The notes below the pieces were generated by a model, which had not been told where the DNA came from, did no database searches, and was given only the letters and a program-made list of their open reading frames with translations. Below are positions 28,233 through 38,284 of a DNA stretch of 64,000 bases, in pieces. The stretch is from IMG/VR virus record IMGVR_UViG_3300008259_002957; one strand, written 5' to 3'. Source of the stretch: a virus (taxonomy: Duplodnaviria > Caudoviricetes). Both the position numbers and the translations under genes were made by a program. The first letter of the stretch is position 1. Every line of letters starts with the position of its first letter.

Positions 28233-29429
28233 CTACAAATTTTTTGCGCTAGCGCAACCGCTTCGCGGCTGGGGAGGAAAGGCCACAGGGTAGAAGTTGG
28301 CAATTGTGGGCAATTGTGGGTTCATATGTTTGACCAGTTCGCTGTGAAAGTTTTTTACAATCTGTTTTTTTGCCACTCTGCGATAGAGAAGATTTCGATT
28401 GTATTCAGTCAATTGTTTTTGTTCTGCTATGTAGTGTTTCCATTTTTTAATCTGTGCTATTTGTTGGACGTGTTGCACAAACTGTTCAAGTCGTTGGAAT
28501 GTATCTTCTATATGGTCAAACTCCGGTATCTGCAATCTGTATCCTTGATTCACTAGATTACCATAGAATCCCGGTGTGCCAAACACTACAAATGGTTGGC
28601 CCACAGCAATTGACCTATAGGTTTTCTCTGTGGGCATAAATCCGTCAGCAGTATGGGTTGGATGACTTTCCACTACGATGTTTAGGTCGGTTTGTTTGTG
28701 CAACTGTACTATAGCAGTATTTTCGTAGCCCATAAAATCGTAGTCTTGGGGATTGACTTCTGTTTGAGTTTTTGGCAGTGACGGGTTGTTGGTATAAAAA
28801 TTGATTAGATCCCGGTACTCCGGGTGATTGCAGAATCCTGCTCGCAAAACAATCCTGTAGTGATTGTGATCTATACTGCCTTGCCAGTAGGATCCTCGAT
28901 GCATACTAACATGAGAATTTTCCATAAACTGTTGATCTTTGCACAGTCTATAATAGATCAATGCTCGTGTCTCTGTGAATCTTCTGTTGAGATACAAGAA
29001 ACGTTTGTGTTCTAGATCAGTTTCCACTGTGGCAGGCCATGCCTTCACCATTGACGCTGTTACATATTCCCAATAGTTGAATACGCTGACTTTGAATTCC
29101 GGGGCTGTGTTTTGCACCATGATTTTTTGTGGTTCGGTTATTGCAATAAAATGCACACGTTCCAACGGTATACGGTTCTGCGTCAACAGTTTTTTATAGT
29201 TTTCCACAGCGCCTGCGGAGGTGAGTTCTGTTGCAAAAGTTATGATCAATCTTGTTTGATTGTTTTCGCGCAATCGTTCCAGGATCTTTGGTTTAAAAAG
29301 TTCTAGATTGTTGCGTGTTTTGTTTTCAATTTCGTGTTCAGAAACAAATGCCCAAGCAAATTGATCTTGGGAATATTCTATATTAAAAAAACAAGTTAAC
29401 AAATTATGTATTTCTGAATAATAGTTCAT
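28233..29429 (-). CDS. Hypothetical protein, glycan-modification-like (tandem paralog A)
   Basis: KRFLYLNRR...NIVVESHP...FMPTEKTYRSIAVGQPFVVFG; TAATG-coupled start at 29429. Confidence 0.75.
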   Translation of the reverse strand: MNYYSEIHNLLTCFFNIEYSQDQFAWAFVSEHEIENKTRNNLELFKPKILERLRENNQTRLIITFATELTSAGAVENYKKLLTQNRIPLERVHFIAITEPQKIMVQNTAPEFKVSVFNYWEYVTASMVKAWPATVETDLEHKRFLYLNRRFTETRALIYYRLCKDQQFMENSHVSMHRGSYWQGSIDHNHYRIVLRAGFCNHPEYRDLINFYTNNPSLPKTQTEVNPQDYDFMGYENTAIVQLHKQTDLNIVVESHPTHTADGFMPTEKTYRSIAVGQPFVVFGTPGFYGNLVNQGYRLQIPEFDHIEDTFQRLEQFVQHVQQIAQIKKWKHYIAEQKQLTEYNRNLLYRRVAKKQIVKNFHSELVKHMNPQLPTIANFYPVAFPPQPRSGCASAKNL

Positions 29430-30559
29430 TATATTCTTCCCGGTGCTGGTTTTAACCACTGACTCAATTCCGGGTGAAACTGTTGGCTTCTTTGGTGTTT
29501 GCGCTGTTTTAAAACCTTGAGATTGTGTTTTGCATAGACAAGTTCTCTGGAGAGAAATCTGTTCCAATCCGACTCAGAACTGCGGGCCAGTTTCTTTACA
29601 TAATCTGCAAACTGTTCTGCTCTAGTGCAGAGATCCTCCACACTGTCGAATTCGGGTATACTGGAGAATTTATAGCCTTGTGCTTGTAGATTTCGATAGT
29701 AGTGTTGTACACCAAATACCACAAACGGTTGACCTGTGGCCAAGGACCTATAGAGTTTTTCAGTGGGCATGAATGCTGCGGCAGGGTGATTAGGATGACT
29801 TTCCACTATCACACTAACAGATGAATTTTTATAAAAACTCAGCAGTTGATTATTCCGGTCTCCGAAAAAATCGTAGTCGTAGGCTTCTTGATTGTTTTGC
29901 AAAACCGGCAGTGTGATTCTATTGTAAAATTTTTTTATTTTTTCAAAGTATGGTAGATGTTTCAATCCATTCATACAAATTTGAAAATACTGTTCTTCAT
30001 CGATTCTTCTATCCCAGTATGCTCCTCTGTGCATACTGGCATGTGAGTTGTTTTGAAATTCCAAGTCCTTCCACAGTCTATAAAAGATCAATGCACGATC
30101 CGGCGAGCATCTTCTGTTGAGATAGAGAAAACGTTTTTGTGGTAGTGCATTGCTGCGTTGGAACGGCCACGATCTAACAATCAACTGTGTAGCGTGTTCC
30201 CAATAGTTGAATACACTGACTTTGAATTCTGGCACGGCTGCGTTGAACATCTGCTGTTGTGGTTCTGTGGCTACTACAATGTGTATCTGTTGTAGATCAA
30301 TGTTTAAATTTTCAAACAGTGTTTTACATTCCGATGGATATTCAGATCCTACAATTTCCAGTATACTGCTTACAATCAATCTACTGGCGCGGTCTGTGTT
30401 TAGACGTTCGACAACACAACTGTCCAATGTACTGTGGCCGTTTATTATCTGAGTTAGTGCATGTTCACTTATAAAAATCCACTGGAAGTCATCTGTGGAT
30501 TTGGTTACATTAAACAGTTTGTAAAGTCTATCGCCAGGGTCTATTGAGATTGAGTTCAT
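29429..30559 (-). CDS. Hypothetical protein (tandem paralog B)
   Basis: Same motifs KRFLYLNRR and FMPTEKLYRSLATGQPFVVFG; TATAAATA at 30568-30575 (minus). Confidence 0.75.
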   Translation of the reverse strand: MNSISIDPGDRLYKLFNVTKSTDDFQWIFISEHALTQIINGHSTLDSCVVERLNTDRASRLIVSSILEIVGSEYPSECKTLFENLNIDLQQIHIVVATEPQQQMFNAAVPEFKVSVFNYWEHATQLIVRSWPFQRSNALPQKRFLYLNRRCSPDRALIFYRLWKDLEFQNNSHASMHRGAYWDRRIDEEQYFQICMNGLKHLPYFEKIKKFYNRITLPVLQNNQEAYDYDFFGDRNNQLLSFYKNSSVSVIVESHPNHPAAAFMPTEKLYRSLATGQPFVVFGVQHYYRNLQAQGYKFSSIPEFDSVEDLCTRAEQFADYVKKLARSSESDWNRFLSRELVYAKHNLKVLKQRKHQRSQQFHPELSQWLKPAPGRI

Positions 30560-30578
30560 TCAAACTATATTTATAGAC

Positions 30579-32009
30579 TCAACTGTCTCCGAGGTTGCTC
30601 AAGAACTGTCGTAGTTTGGTGCTGTCAACTTCTGCATTGACTCGACCTGCTGGTGTGCCGCGACCTGGATCTGCTGGTTCATCTGGGGCTTTTGGTTTTG
30701 CTGCTGAACGTTTTAGTTGTTCATACACAGAACTTTTCTGCTGCGGCCCTGCACCCGATCCGTCATCTTCCTGTTCACAATCTGTGATACGCAGTGTTTC
30801 AACATTGAAGTCTAGATCTATCTTTGTGCCCACACCCGAACTGCTACGTGTCTTCATAAGTTGCAGTTGATAGCGACCGCGTTCACGCATTGCTCTGCTG
30901 GTAAAGATACCAAACAGGTTATCCGCAGTGTTGATCTTTGAGATACCACCCGAAATGTGGCTGTGGTCAAATTCAATCTCTTCTACTGCGCCTCTGTTGA
31001 GTTGGCTTGCTGTTACAAACACACAGTTCAATTCCATTGCTAGGTTACGCAGTTCTTCACTGACATACTTGTCCTTGACGAATAGATTTTCAGCACTGAC
31101 CTTAACTGAAATTGGCATCATAAGATCCAAGTAGTCCACCAGTATTGCGTCCAAACGCTTCTTGGTTTTGATTTCATATTCTTTGATATAACTGCGTAGA
31201 TCGTTTGCAGTCTTACCGGTGGGCATGTACTTGACCTGCATAGCACCCGACTTCTTGCCGATCATCCGGACTTTCATTTCGACGTCGTCAATGCTCTTGA
31301 AAACATCACGTGTTGGAATATCTGTAACCATACTATCAATACGCATACTAACTAGATTTTCTGACAGTTCGAAAGTTAGATACAGTACGTTCATACCGTT
31401 GAGCGCCCAGTTAACGCCCAGATTAGCCAAGAATAAACTTTTGCCTGCACCCGAACCGCCTGCAAAGATGTTGAGTTCACCTCTGTTGAATCCACCAAAC
31501 AGTTTCTTATCAAGACTGGGCCAGCCTGTGCTTACCTGTCCGTTTTTGTCTTTGATGGCTTCCAATCTTTTTCGAGGATCGCGGAAGTAGTCTGTGCCTA
31601 GATCTTTTTGCAGTCCGATCTGTACTGCTCGCTTAACTAGATCTTCTACTGGACCGTATTCGCCTTTTTCCAGCAGGTCGGCACTCTTTAAGATGGCTGC
31701 TTCCAATGCTTTGTGACGTGCAAAGGTTTCGAACTCAGCAAGCAACCAATCATAGTGTTCTATTTGCAGTTCGCCTGGATTGATCAGTCCAGACTTTGTG
31801 GTAGCATTGACCATTTCAAACGTGGGCATGGCATTGTGATCAGTAACGTAGTCATTGATGAACTTTGCTGCTGGTTGTAGTTTGCGATCAAAACTCTTGT
31901 CATCAAAAACACTTTGACAGCGCACAAACGTTTCTGCGTCTGTGAGCATCATTTCAAGATATAGTTTTTGTATATCGTATCCGTAGTCAGTGTTTTGTCT
32001 GGTTGTCAT
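30579..32009 (-). CDS. DnaB-like replicative helicase (T4 gp41-like)
   Basis: GGSGAGKS, FELSE, LVDYLDLM, TASQLNRG, MKTRSSSG. Confidence 0.93.
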   Translation of the reverse strand: MTTRQNTDYGYDIQKLYLEMMLTDAETFVRCQSVFDDKSFDRKLQPAAKFINDYVTDHNAMPTFEMVNATTKSGLINPGELQIEHYDWLLAEFETFARHKALEAAILKSADLLEKGEYGPVEDLVKRAVQIGLQKDLGTDYFRDPRKRLEAIKDKNGQVSTGWPSLDKKLFGGFNRGELNIFAGGSGAGKSLFLANLGVNWALNGMNVLYLTFELSENLVSMRIDSMVTDIPTRDVFKSIDDVEMKVRMIGKKSGAMQVKYMPTGKTANDLRSYIKEYEIKTKKRLDAILVDYLDLMMPISVKVSAENLFVKDKYVSEELRNLAMELNCVFVTASQLNRGAVEEIEFDHSHISGGISKINTADNLFGIFTSRAMRERGRYQLQLMKTRSSSGVGTKIDLDFNVETLRITDCEQEDDGSGAGPQQKSSVYEQLKRSAAKPKAPDEPADPGRGTPAGRVNAEVDSTKLRQFLSNLGDS

Positions 32010-32068
32010 CTTTTATTTCTTTTATATTGGAAGTGGCTTTTAGGCTACCGCAGTTGCTACAATAACAA

Positions 32069-32096
32069 ATTGTAATACAGTATTTGTAATTGTCAA
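32069..32096 (-). promoter_or_regulatory. Sigma70-type promoter for the helicase gene
   Basis: TTGACA-N16-TACAAT on the minus strand. Confidence 0.6.
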
Positions 32097-32134
32097 CAGC
32101 AAGTGTTTGATTATGTTTCTAGGACAGCAACCCA

Positions 32135-33637
32135 TCAAAACACACGTACTCCGTAGTGTTGTGCAAAATCTCTAGCCTCTCTCCAGGTATTGACCATCGG
32201 CCGACCTTTGATGTTGAGACTTGTGTTCAACAGCATAGGGCAACCGGTCTCTGCATACCACTGTTCCAGTAAACGTCTAAAACCCGGGTTGTCTGCTTTG
32301 CCCACTGTTTGCACTCTGCTGGTACCGTCGTGGTGTACAATTGCTGGAAATTCTTCCGGGTATCTGCAATGTGCAGTGTATTGCATGTAAGGGCCCACGG
32401 GTCCGTCGAAATATTCTTCTGCGTGTTCTTCAAGTATAGCAGGTGCAAATGGTCTAAACTGTTGACGCTGCTTGATGTCATTGACCCTGGACTTGATATC
32501 TGCGCCACGTGGGTCAGCCAGTAGACTGCGATTGCCCAAGGCTCTAGGTCCAAACTCAGCAGCACCATTGGCCACACCTGCAATGCCCACAGTTTTGAGT
32601 TCTTGGATCAATTCTTTTACAGGGTAGGGTCGGTTGATTGTGAACCCTAGATATGGACCCTGCCACTCAATTGGCTGTTGATACTTGGCCAACACTGCAC
32701 CCACACTGGACCCAGAGTCGCCTGGATTGGGCATGATCCATACCCTGTTCCAATCTTTATAGATAGTGCTGTTAGCAGCACAGTTTAGGGCACAGCCGCC
32801 CATTAAAACTAGATTACCCGAAGTAGATTTCCACCTAGCCCAGTTACTGATTATTTTAAGAAAGTACTGATAAACTGCCTGGGTAGCGGCAGCAATGTCA
32901 AAGAGGTCTTGTTCTGTGTTGAGATCCAGTCGCCAACCTCTGCACCCCCGATGAAGATTGTTTTTAAAAACAATCCTAGGACTGTTATCCGGATCAATAT
33001 GTTGAACAAAGTCTTGCATGATGTCGTTGAACAGTCTGTGGGGGTTGCCGTATGCTGCCATACCCATAAGGATATATTCATCCTCGTTGGCTTTGAGTCC
33101 TATACGGTCAGTCATAGCACTGTACCACAGACCAAGACTGTGTGGATAACGTTGTGTATAAATTCGTTTTAGATCCGTGCCCTTGCCTTCCCAAATGCTG
33201 AGAGTTTCGAATTCACCAATACTGTCTAGAACAACGACAGTGGCAGAATCAAAACCACTTGTAAAATATCCAGCACTAGCATGGCTACAATGATGGTCAA
33301 CAAATGATACAGGAGCGTGGATGCCATAGTCAAGCAGATAATTGCGAATATTGTTTTCTTTAGCCTGCCACCCTTGCCCTGCCAGAAGTTGTCGAATTGT
33401 TTTTTTGTATGGTTTTTCATACCAGACAACTTCGTCAGGTTTGCCAAAATTATTGACGGCATATTCAATCAATCCATCTCGAAATATCGAATGACTACAA
33501 TGCAGATTAGGGTCGTTTTTTATACCACTAAATCTTTCACTGTGACTTGCAAATTCTAATTTTAATTTGTTTGCATCTTTATCAAACACTGCTAGTGCAG
33601 CATCGTGACTGTTAGCACTAATTCCCCAAATTTTCAT
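32135..33637 (-). CDS. Carbamoyltransferase (NodU/CmcH family)
   Basis: HDAALAV, HHCSHA, DSIGE, MGMAAYG, GGCALNCAAN, EFGPRALGNRS, FRPFAP, LLNTSLN. Confidence 0.95.
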   Translation of the reverse strand: MKIWGISANSHDAALAVFDKDANKLKLEFASHSERFSGIKNDPNLHCSHSIFRDGLIEYAVNNFGKPDEVVWYEKPYKKTIRQLLAGQGWQAKENNIRNYLLDYGIHAPVSFVDHHCSHASAGYFTSGFDSATVVVLDSIGEFETLSIWEGKGTDLKRIYTQRYPHSLGLWYSAMTDRIGLKANEDEYILMGMAAYGNPHRLFNDIMQDFVQHIDPDNSPRIVFKNNLHRGCRGWRLDLNTEQDLFDIAAATQAVYQYFLKIISNWARWKSTSGNLVLMGGCALNCAANSTIYKDWNRVWIMPNPGDSGSSVGAVLAKYQQPIEWQGPYLGFTINRPYPVKELIQELKTVGIAGVANGAAEFGPRALGNRSLLADPRGADIKSRVNDIKQRQQFRPFAPAILEEHAEEYFDGPVGPYMQYTAHCRYPEEFPAIVHHDGTSRVQTVGKADNPGFRRLLEQWYAETGCPMLLNTSLNIKGRPMVNTWREARDFAQHYGVRVF

Positions 33638-33750
33638 TTGTAAATAAACGGATCTTTCTTACGTAGTTCTTTTAGTTTTTTGCGAAAACGAATTTCATCT
33701 ACAGTCCACGTAATGGGCCATAGTATAATGTTGATTATTTTGCGTACCAT
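33634..33750 (-). CDS. 38-aa peptide coupled to the carbamoyltransferase gene
   Basis: Read by hand: MVRKIINIILWP...KKDPFIYK*, ATGA overlap. Confidence 0.55.
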   Translation of the reverse strand: MVRKIINIILWPITWTVDEIRFRKKLKELRKKDPFIYK

Positions 33751-34718
33751 TTTTTTGCTCTCAATCTAATTTTAAGTGGCGACGACTCTGCTGCCGCTAC
33801 AATACTGTACAGTGTATATAGTCTTCCGTATTTTATCACGGCGTCATTTACGTCTTTGATCTCCGGTGACCATTCAGGCATACTAACACTCCACCCTCTG
33901 GCAATAGCCTGTTCAACCATTCCAGCACCGGTTTCGTCTCTGTCGGGTAAAACTATTGTGTCTTTGTTCAAACGATCAATCAGCATTGCCTGTTGATCAT
34001 TTATCTCTGCTCGCATAACAGCAACTCCGTCAATGTGCAGTGCATCAATAGGACCTTCCACAACAATACAGAATATTTTTTGTGGGCGTTGTTCATCTAG
34101 ATTAAACACAAACCCCGGCTGTGATTCTGTAATGTATTTGGGTTTCTTATCAGGGGTAATAGTTCTAGCAGTCCATCCTACGGTTTTACCTTCATAGTAA
34201 AAAGGAATTACAAATCTATCTCTGTATCCAAGTTCTGAACTCCAATAAAAATTGTAATCAGCATCCAAATGCAATTGACGTTTTGCTAGATATTCTTTTA
34301 TAGGTTCAAGTTTTTGATTGTCAGTGATATCTGTGATCTTGATGCTGTTTGGTGGAAGTTGAACTTCTTCAAAGACAGGCAAGTCTACAAAGCGTTGTTG
34401 TACTTCAATGCCTTCGTTGAGTTTTAACACTTCCAGCGATAACCGGTTAATAACATCGTCAGGAACGTTTAACCAACTCATCAATTGTTTAAACTTATAA
34501 GAAACATTTCTTCCAGGTTGCCAACTGGCCTTGAATCCGCAGTTGAAACAATGATAGGAAAACGTGTCGCCTTCTTCTCTAACACCACCACGCATACGTG
34601 TATCAGCAGACGTACCATTGTGTACACAGCACGGAGCATTGATCGATGTCCATCCGCTGGGCGTGGTTTTACGCTTTGCAGGCATGAAGGTCATTAGTGT
34701 TTCGGACACGATGCTCAT
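33735..34718 (-). CDS. DNA primase (T4 gp61-like)
   Basis: Zn finger CC..H...HCFNCGF; TOPRIM VEGPIDA, PDRDETG, KDVND. Confidence 0.9.
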   Translation of the reverse strand: MSIVSETLMTFMPAKRKTTPSGWTSINAPCCVHNGTSADTRMRGGVREEGDTFSYHCFNCGFKASWQPGRNVSYKFKQLMSWLNVPDDVINRLSLEVLKLNEGIEVQQRFVDLPVFEEVQLPPNSIKITDITDNQKLEPIKEYLAKRQLHLDADYNFYWSSELGYRDRFVIPFYYEGKTVGWTARTITPDKKPKYITESQPGFVFNLDEQRPQKIFCIVVEGPIDALHIDGVAVMRAEINDQQAMLIDRLNKDTIVLPDRDETGAGMVEQAIARGWSVSMPEWSPEIKDVNDAVIKYGRLYTLYSIVAAAESSPLKIRLRAKKWYAK

Positions 34719-34752
34719 GCTACAATAATAACACGACCTATCTAAAAGTCAA

Positions 34753-35538
34753 TCAGTTTCTTAGCAGTATCTTGTCTACAGTTGCAGTTGGGTCTGCATT
34801 AAACTTAAATCTAACATACGAGTAAATGCCGTTGAAATTTACCGGCACAGGTTCTGTTTCGCTGCCAACGAATGTTAGTGTATCAACATCCGACCAGTTG
34901 TTGGCGTTTGACAGTTGATTGTCCAATGTTGCTTGTACAATGACAGTACCAGTATAACCGTTTGAGTATACAGCCGCAGTATGTAGTGTTGAATATTCTG
35001 ATAATGCAATAGCATCTTCGTTGTCACTGCTGCCTACCCAATAGGTGCTTTCTGCAAAAAAGTTTGTAACTTCTGTTGTAGCACGAGGTCCGGGATACGC
35101 ACCTGCATTGATATACATGATACCCGAAGTTTCAAAATTTCTGTTTGAATATGTTAAACTGGTGTTGTTGTTTAAATCTTTGAGATATACGTTGTAGTGT
35201 AGGTATTGTTGTTTAACATCTCGCAACTCGTTGTCTGTGAGGGTAACTTGGAATGTGCCTTTTAGTGGAGATGCAGTTGAGTAGTCGTCAGTTACTGTGC
35301 ATTCTTTTTCCAGTACCATGCTTTGATTTTCGTCAAACAATACTATCCATACACTGTAGCCTGCAAGTGATACACTTTTTTGATCAGCATTTAACAGTTT
35401 AAATTGTATGGTATTATCAATATTTCTATATACTTTTAAGTTTCTAGTATACACAGGTCTATACTCCACTACGAATCCGGCTTCATTAGATACTAGAATT
35501 ATTCTATCGTTAAATAAATATCTAGGGATTAACTGCAT
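34753..35538 (-). CDS. Hypothetical protein
   Basis: 261-aa ORF; ATAAATA upstream. Confidence 0.65.
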   Translation of the reverse strand: MQLIPRYLFNDRIILVSNEAGFVVEYRPVYTRNLKVYRNIDNTIQFKLLNADQKSVSLAGYSVWIVLFDENQSMVLEKECTVTDDYSTASPLKGTFQVTLTDNELRDVKQQYLHYNVYLKDLNNNTSLTYSNRNFETSGIMYINAGAYPGPRATTEVTNFFAESTYWVGSSDNEDAIALSEYSTLHTAAVYSNGYTGTVIVQATLDNQLSNANNWSDVDTLTFVGSETEPVPVNFNGIYSYVRFKFNADPTATVDKILLRN

Positions 35539-35572
35539 ACCGATTCCTCATTACAGATATATTTATGGTAAA

Positions 35573-35941
35573 ATGTTATTAAAAGAAATAGAAGAACAAT
35601 TTCCTTACGTTAGTGTTGTTGCTTATGGCGGCGGCGAATATGTTGGAATCATATCAAATCAAGATCAGTACGTTACAACAATGTTTGTTTATACAAATTT
35701 GAAATCAGATGATCACAAAAAGTTGCTGTTGGATCTAGGCGAAGTATGGTGGTGGGAGTCAAATAGATTGATTCCTATTAACACATTTCTCAGAAGAGAA
35801 ATTGAACCTTTGCGTTATTGTATGATGACCATGAACAGCAAAGATGTTAAGTTAGTCATAGGGCATTGCGTTAATCTTAACAATCTAGCACTGAAACGAG
35901 TAAAACGTAAAAGTGTTCAATTAATTAAAAAACTTAGATAA
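35573..35941 (+). CDS. Hypothetical conserved phage protein
   Basis: MLLKEIEEQFPYVS...WWWESNRLIPIN. Confidence 0.7.
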   Translation: MLLKEIEEQFPYVSVVAYGGGEYVGIISNQDQYVTTMFVYTNLKSDDHKKLLLDLGEVWWWESNRLIPINTFLRREIEPLRYCMMTMNSKDVKLVIGHCVNLNNLALKRVKRKSVQLIKKLR

Positions 35942-36488
35942 TATTTTCGCATAATAAATTTAAATGTACTACAACTGCTGCCGCGTAAGACACAGCATGG
36001 GCCTTTTTAAAGTAGTACTGATCATTCGCTGGCTTTGTCCAAACTTCGCTTTTGATCTTTGCCCAACTTTCATTTAGCAAATATCTTTTAGCCGGTCTAA
36101 TAATAGCCAACGCACATGCCAATTCTTCAATGTTAGTGGGCTTTAACGTTCGTAGAATATCACCATGACCAGATACATGAAACAGTTGATCTACCATTTC
36201 ATTGTGTTGTAACAATTCCCAAAGTGGTTCACGGTTCAGCAATTCAGTTAGGTGTTCTTCGTCTTTAACATCCTTGTAGATATTAACGTTTAGAAAGTCT
36301 AGTTTAAAGTACCCACGTTGATCAGCAGTTTTATAATCAATAGTTGCAACGTTATCCAATGGATTGTGTGGCACCGGAGTAACATAGATTCCGGTGTTGT
36401 GTTTTTTACCAGTTTCTAGTGCAGCCACGTGATGTGTGAGTTTTGACAAAATTATATCGCGGTTTGGAAAGTCAATATCGATATCCAT
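35934..36488 (-). CDS. Miniature DNA polymerase III alpha-like (DnaE, C family) catalytic fragment
   Basis: DIDIDF, KHNTGIYV, GYFKLDFL, AIIRP, FKKAHAVSYA in only 184 aa. Confidence 0.85.
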   Translation of the reverse strand: MDIDIDFPNRDIILSKLTHHVAALETGKKHNTGIYVTPVPHNPLDNVATIDYKTADQRGYFKLDFLNVNIYKDVKDEEHLTELLNREPLWELLQHNEMVDQLFHVSGHGDILRTLKPTNIEELACALAIIRPAKRYLLNESWAKIKSEVWTKPANDQYYFKKAHAVSYAAAVVVHLNLLCENII

Positions 36489-37234
36489 TATAGTTTTGCT
36501 TCTCCTGCAATCTGCTTGACCAGTTCAACATCTTTGGGTTGTCGTTTAAAACGCAAAGACCAGTGTTCTGGATTCATAATATAGTATACCATGGTTAGTT
36601 GTTCGTCGTTAAATTTTGCAAGCATTTCTTTTCCTGACTTGCAGTTTAATATCAGCCACGGCGATATCTTACCGTCTTTGATATCGTATGTTGCTCTGTT
36701 TAACGAAACGTTGTTGAAATAATTATTCCAAGAGTTGTTGTGTGTTTCTGCCCAATCAACCATGGTATTAACGCTACGCTCAAGTGCAGTTTCAACACCT
36801 TCTTTCATGATTAGTTCAACAGCGTATTTTTCATACATTTCTTCTCTGCACCAATGGTCGAGTTTAACGCCACTGGTTACAACATGGTCTATGTACTTTT
36901 CGGGGTATAATGGTCTAACATTGGATAAGAAACTACCAAACTTTACAAACGCATTGTAGAAAGAACTTTTACAAAATTCTTCGTAGGTTTTGATGCCTTT
37001 GTAGCCTGCACTCAGTTGATAGAATCTTACAAATGTTTGATAGCCCAGTTGAACACGCTTTTCGTCTTTTTGTAAATGTCTACGCTTTTGTTCACACATA
37101 TGTACAAGGAGAGTTTGCTCCTTGCTGTAGCCTGTGCCGCAGTATTCGCATACATAGGGCTTAGATGTCAATTTTTTCGTAGCCGTGTTCTTTGGCAAGT
37201 TGTTTGATTTCTTCTTTTGTAGATATTCTAGCAA
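36488..37234 (-). CDS. Hypothetical protein with N-terminal C2H2 zinc finger
   Basis: YVCEYC...LLVHMC. Confidence 0.7.
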   Translation of the reverse strand: MLEYLQKKKSNNLPKNTATKKLTSKPYVCEYCGTGYSKEQTLLVHMCEQKRRHLQKDEKRVQLGYQTFVRFYQLSAGYKGIKTYEEFCKSSFYNAFVKFGSFLSNVRPLYPEKYIDHVVTSGVKLDHWCREEMYEKYAVELIMKEGVETALERSVNTMVDWAETHNNSWNNYFNNVSLNRATYDIKDGKISPWLILNCKSGKEMLAKFNDEQLTMVYYIMNPEHWSLRFKRQPKDVELVKQIAGEAKL

Positions 37235-37631
37235 TTAGTTCAACCTCGTCTAGTTTTTTGTCAGGGTAAAGTTTCATTAAAAATTGTACAGTCTTCGAAC
37301 TGGAATCTGCTTTTCTATCTAGTTTAATCCATGGATGAAATTCTTTTTTTCCTGTATTGCCCGAAATGCATAGTAATTGCCATTGCAGTTTTGGATGATT
37401 TGCTCCCAGCACTGCCCAGTTCTTATTGTAATATTCATTAACTTTAAAGACTGCTAGTTCTTGTTTGTCTCTACTACCTTTAACACTACTAACATATCTA
37501 TTGAGATTCCAAAGGTCGCCTTTGATATCTTTTTGTCCGTTTTCGTCAGAGGCATCCCACAACTCTTTGATGCCCAAGTCAATTGCTGGCATCATGTCGT
37601 CGAAGAGATCTATGTATTTGTTTTTTCCCAT
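37161..37631 (-). CDS. Possible clamp loader small subunit (T4 gp62-like)
   Basis: WNLNRYVS...NEYYN...HPKLQWQLL...HPWIK resembles the gp62 pattern; weak recognition. Confidence 0.5.
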   Translation of the reverse strand: MGKNKYIDLFDDMMPAIDLGIKELWDASDENGQKDIKGDLWNLNRYVSSVKGSRDKQELAVFKVNEYYNKNWAVLGANHPKLQWQLLCISGNTGKKEFHPWIKLDRKADSSSKTVQFLMKLYPDKKLDEVELIARISTKEEIKQLAKEHGYEKIDI

Positions 37632-38284
37632 AATTTCAAGTCCTCCGGTGTGTTAATCTCAATTCCATCAAATTCAACTTCAACAACACCAATTTTGATA
37701 CCGTTTTGAATCCAGCGCAATTGCTCAAGTTTCTCAGTGTCTTCTTCTACAAACTTTTTACTTACATTATAGTATGACTTAGCAATTCTATTATAACCGT
37801 AAATTCCTAAATGTCTATCACCATATGACAACGGTGCTCTTAAAAACCAATGGGCTCTGCTTCTGTTGTGAATCATTTTAACAACGTTTGGATTTTGACG
37901 ATCGTTAACATCCATAGTAGAATATGCTGTTGCAACATCCGAAAATGTTTTTAGTTCTATGTCAATTTTCATTAACATTTCAGCAGTAACATCGGGCATG
38001 TCGCCCTGTACGTTAATGTATCGATCATATTGCAATACTTCGTCAATAACTTCCATACAACGACTAGTACCGTTTTCGTGATCAGTACTGGTCATTATTA
38101 CTCGCTTTTTTGGAAGAATGTCGGCAATTTCTTGGCTATCAGTAAGCACGTAGGTTTCATATCCAAAGTTCCAACATTTATTAAACACGTGATGAATCAA
38201 TGGTTGGCCATTAAGATTGGCCAACATTTTTTTTGGAAACCTAGTACTGGCTAATCTAGCCGGAATTAAAACTGCTGTGGTCAT
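37610..38284 (-). CDS. kdsB: CMP-Kdo synthetase (3-deoxy-manno-octulosonate cytidylyltransferase)
   Basis: IPARLASTRFPKK, GTSRC, INVQGDMP, HLGIYGY, EKLEQLRW, INTPEDL. Confidence 0.9.
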   Translation of the reverse strand: MTTAVLIPARLASTRFPKKMLANLNGQPLIHHVFNKCWNFGYETYVLTDSQEIADILPKKRVIMTSTDHENGTSRCMEVIDEVLQYDRYINVQGDMPDVTAEMLMKIDIELKTFSDVATAYSTMDVNDRQNPNVVKMIHNRSRAHWFLRAPLSYGDRHLGIYGYNRIAKSYYNVSKKFVEEDTEKLEQLRWIQNGIKIGVVEVEFDGIEINTPEDLKLWEKTNT

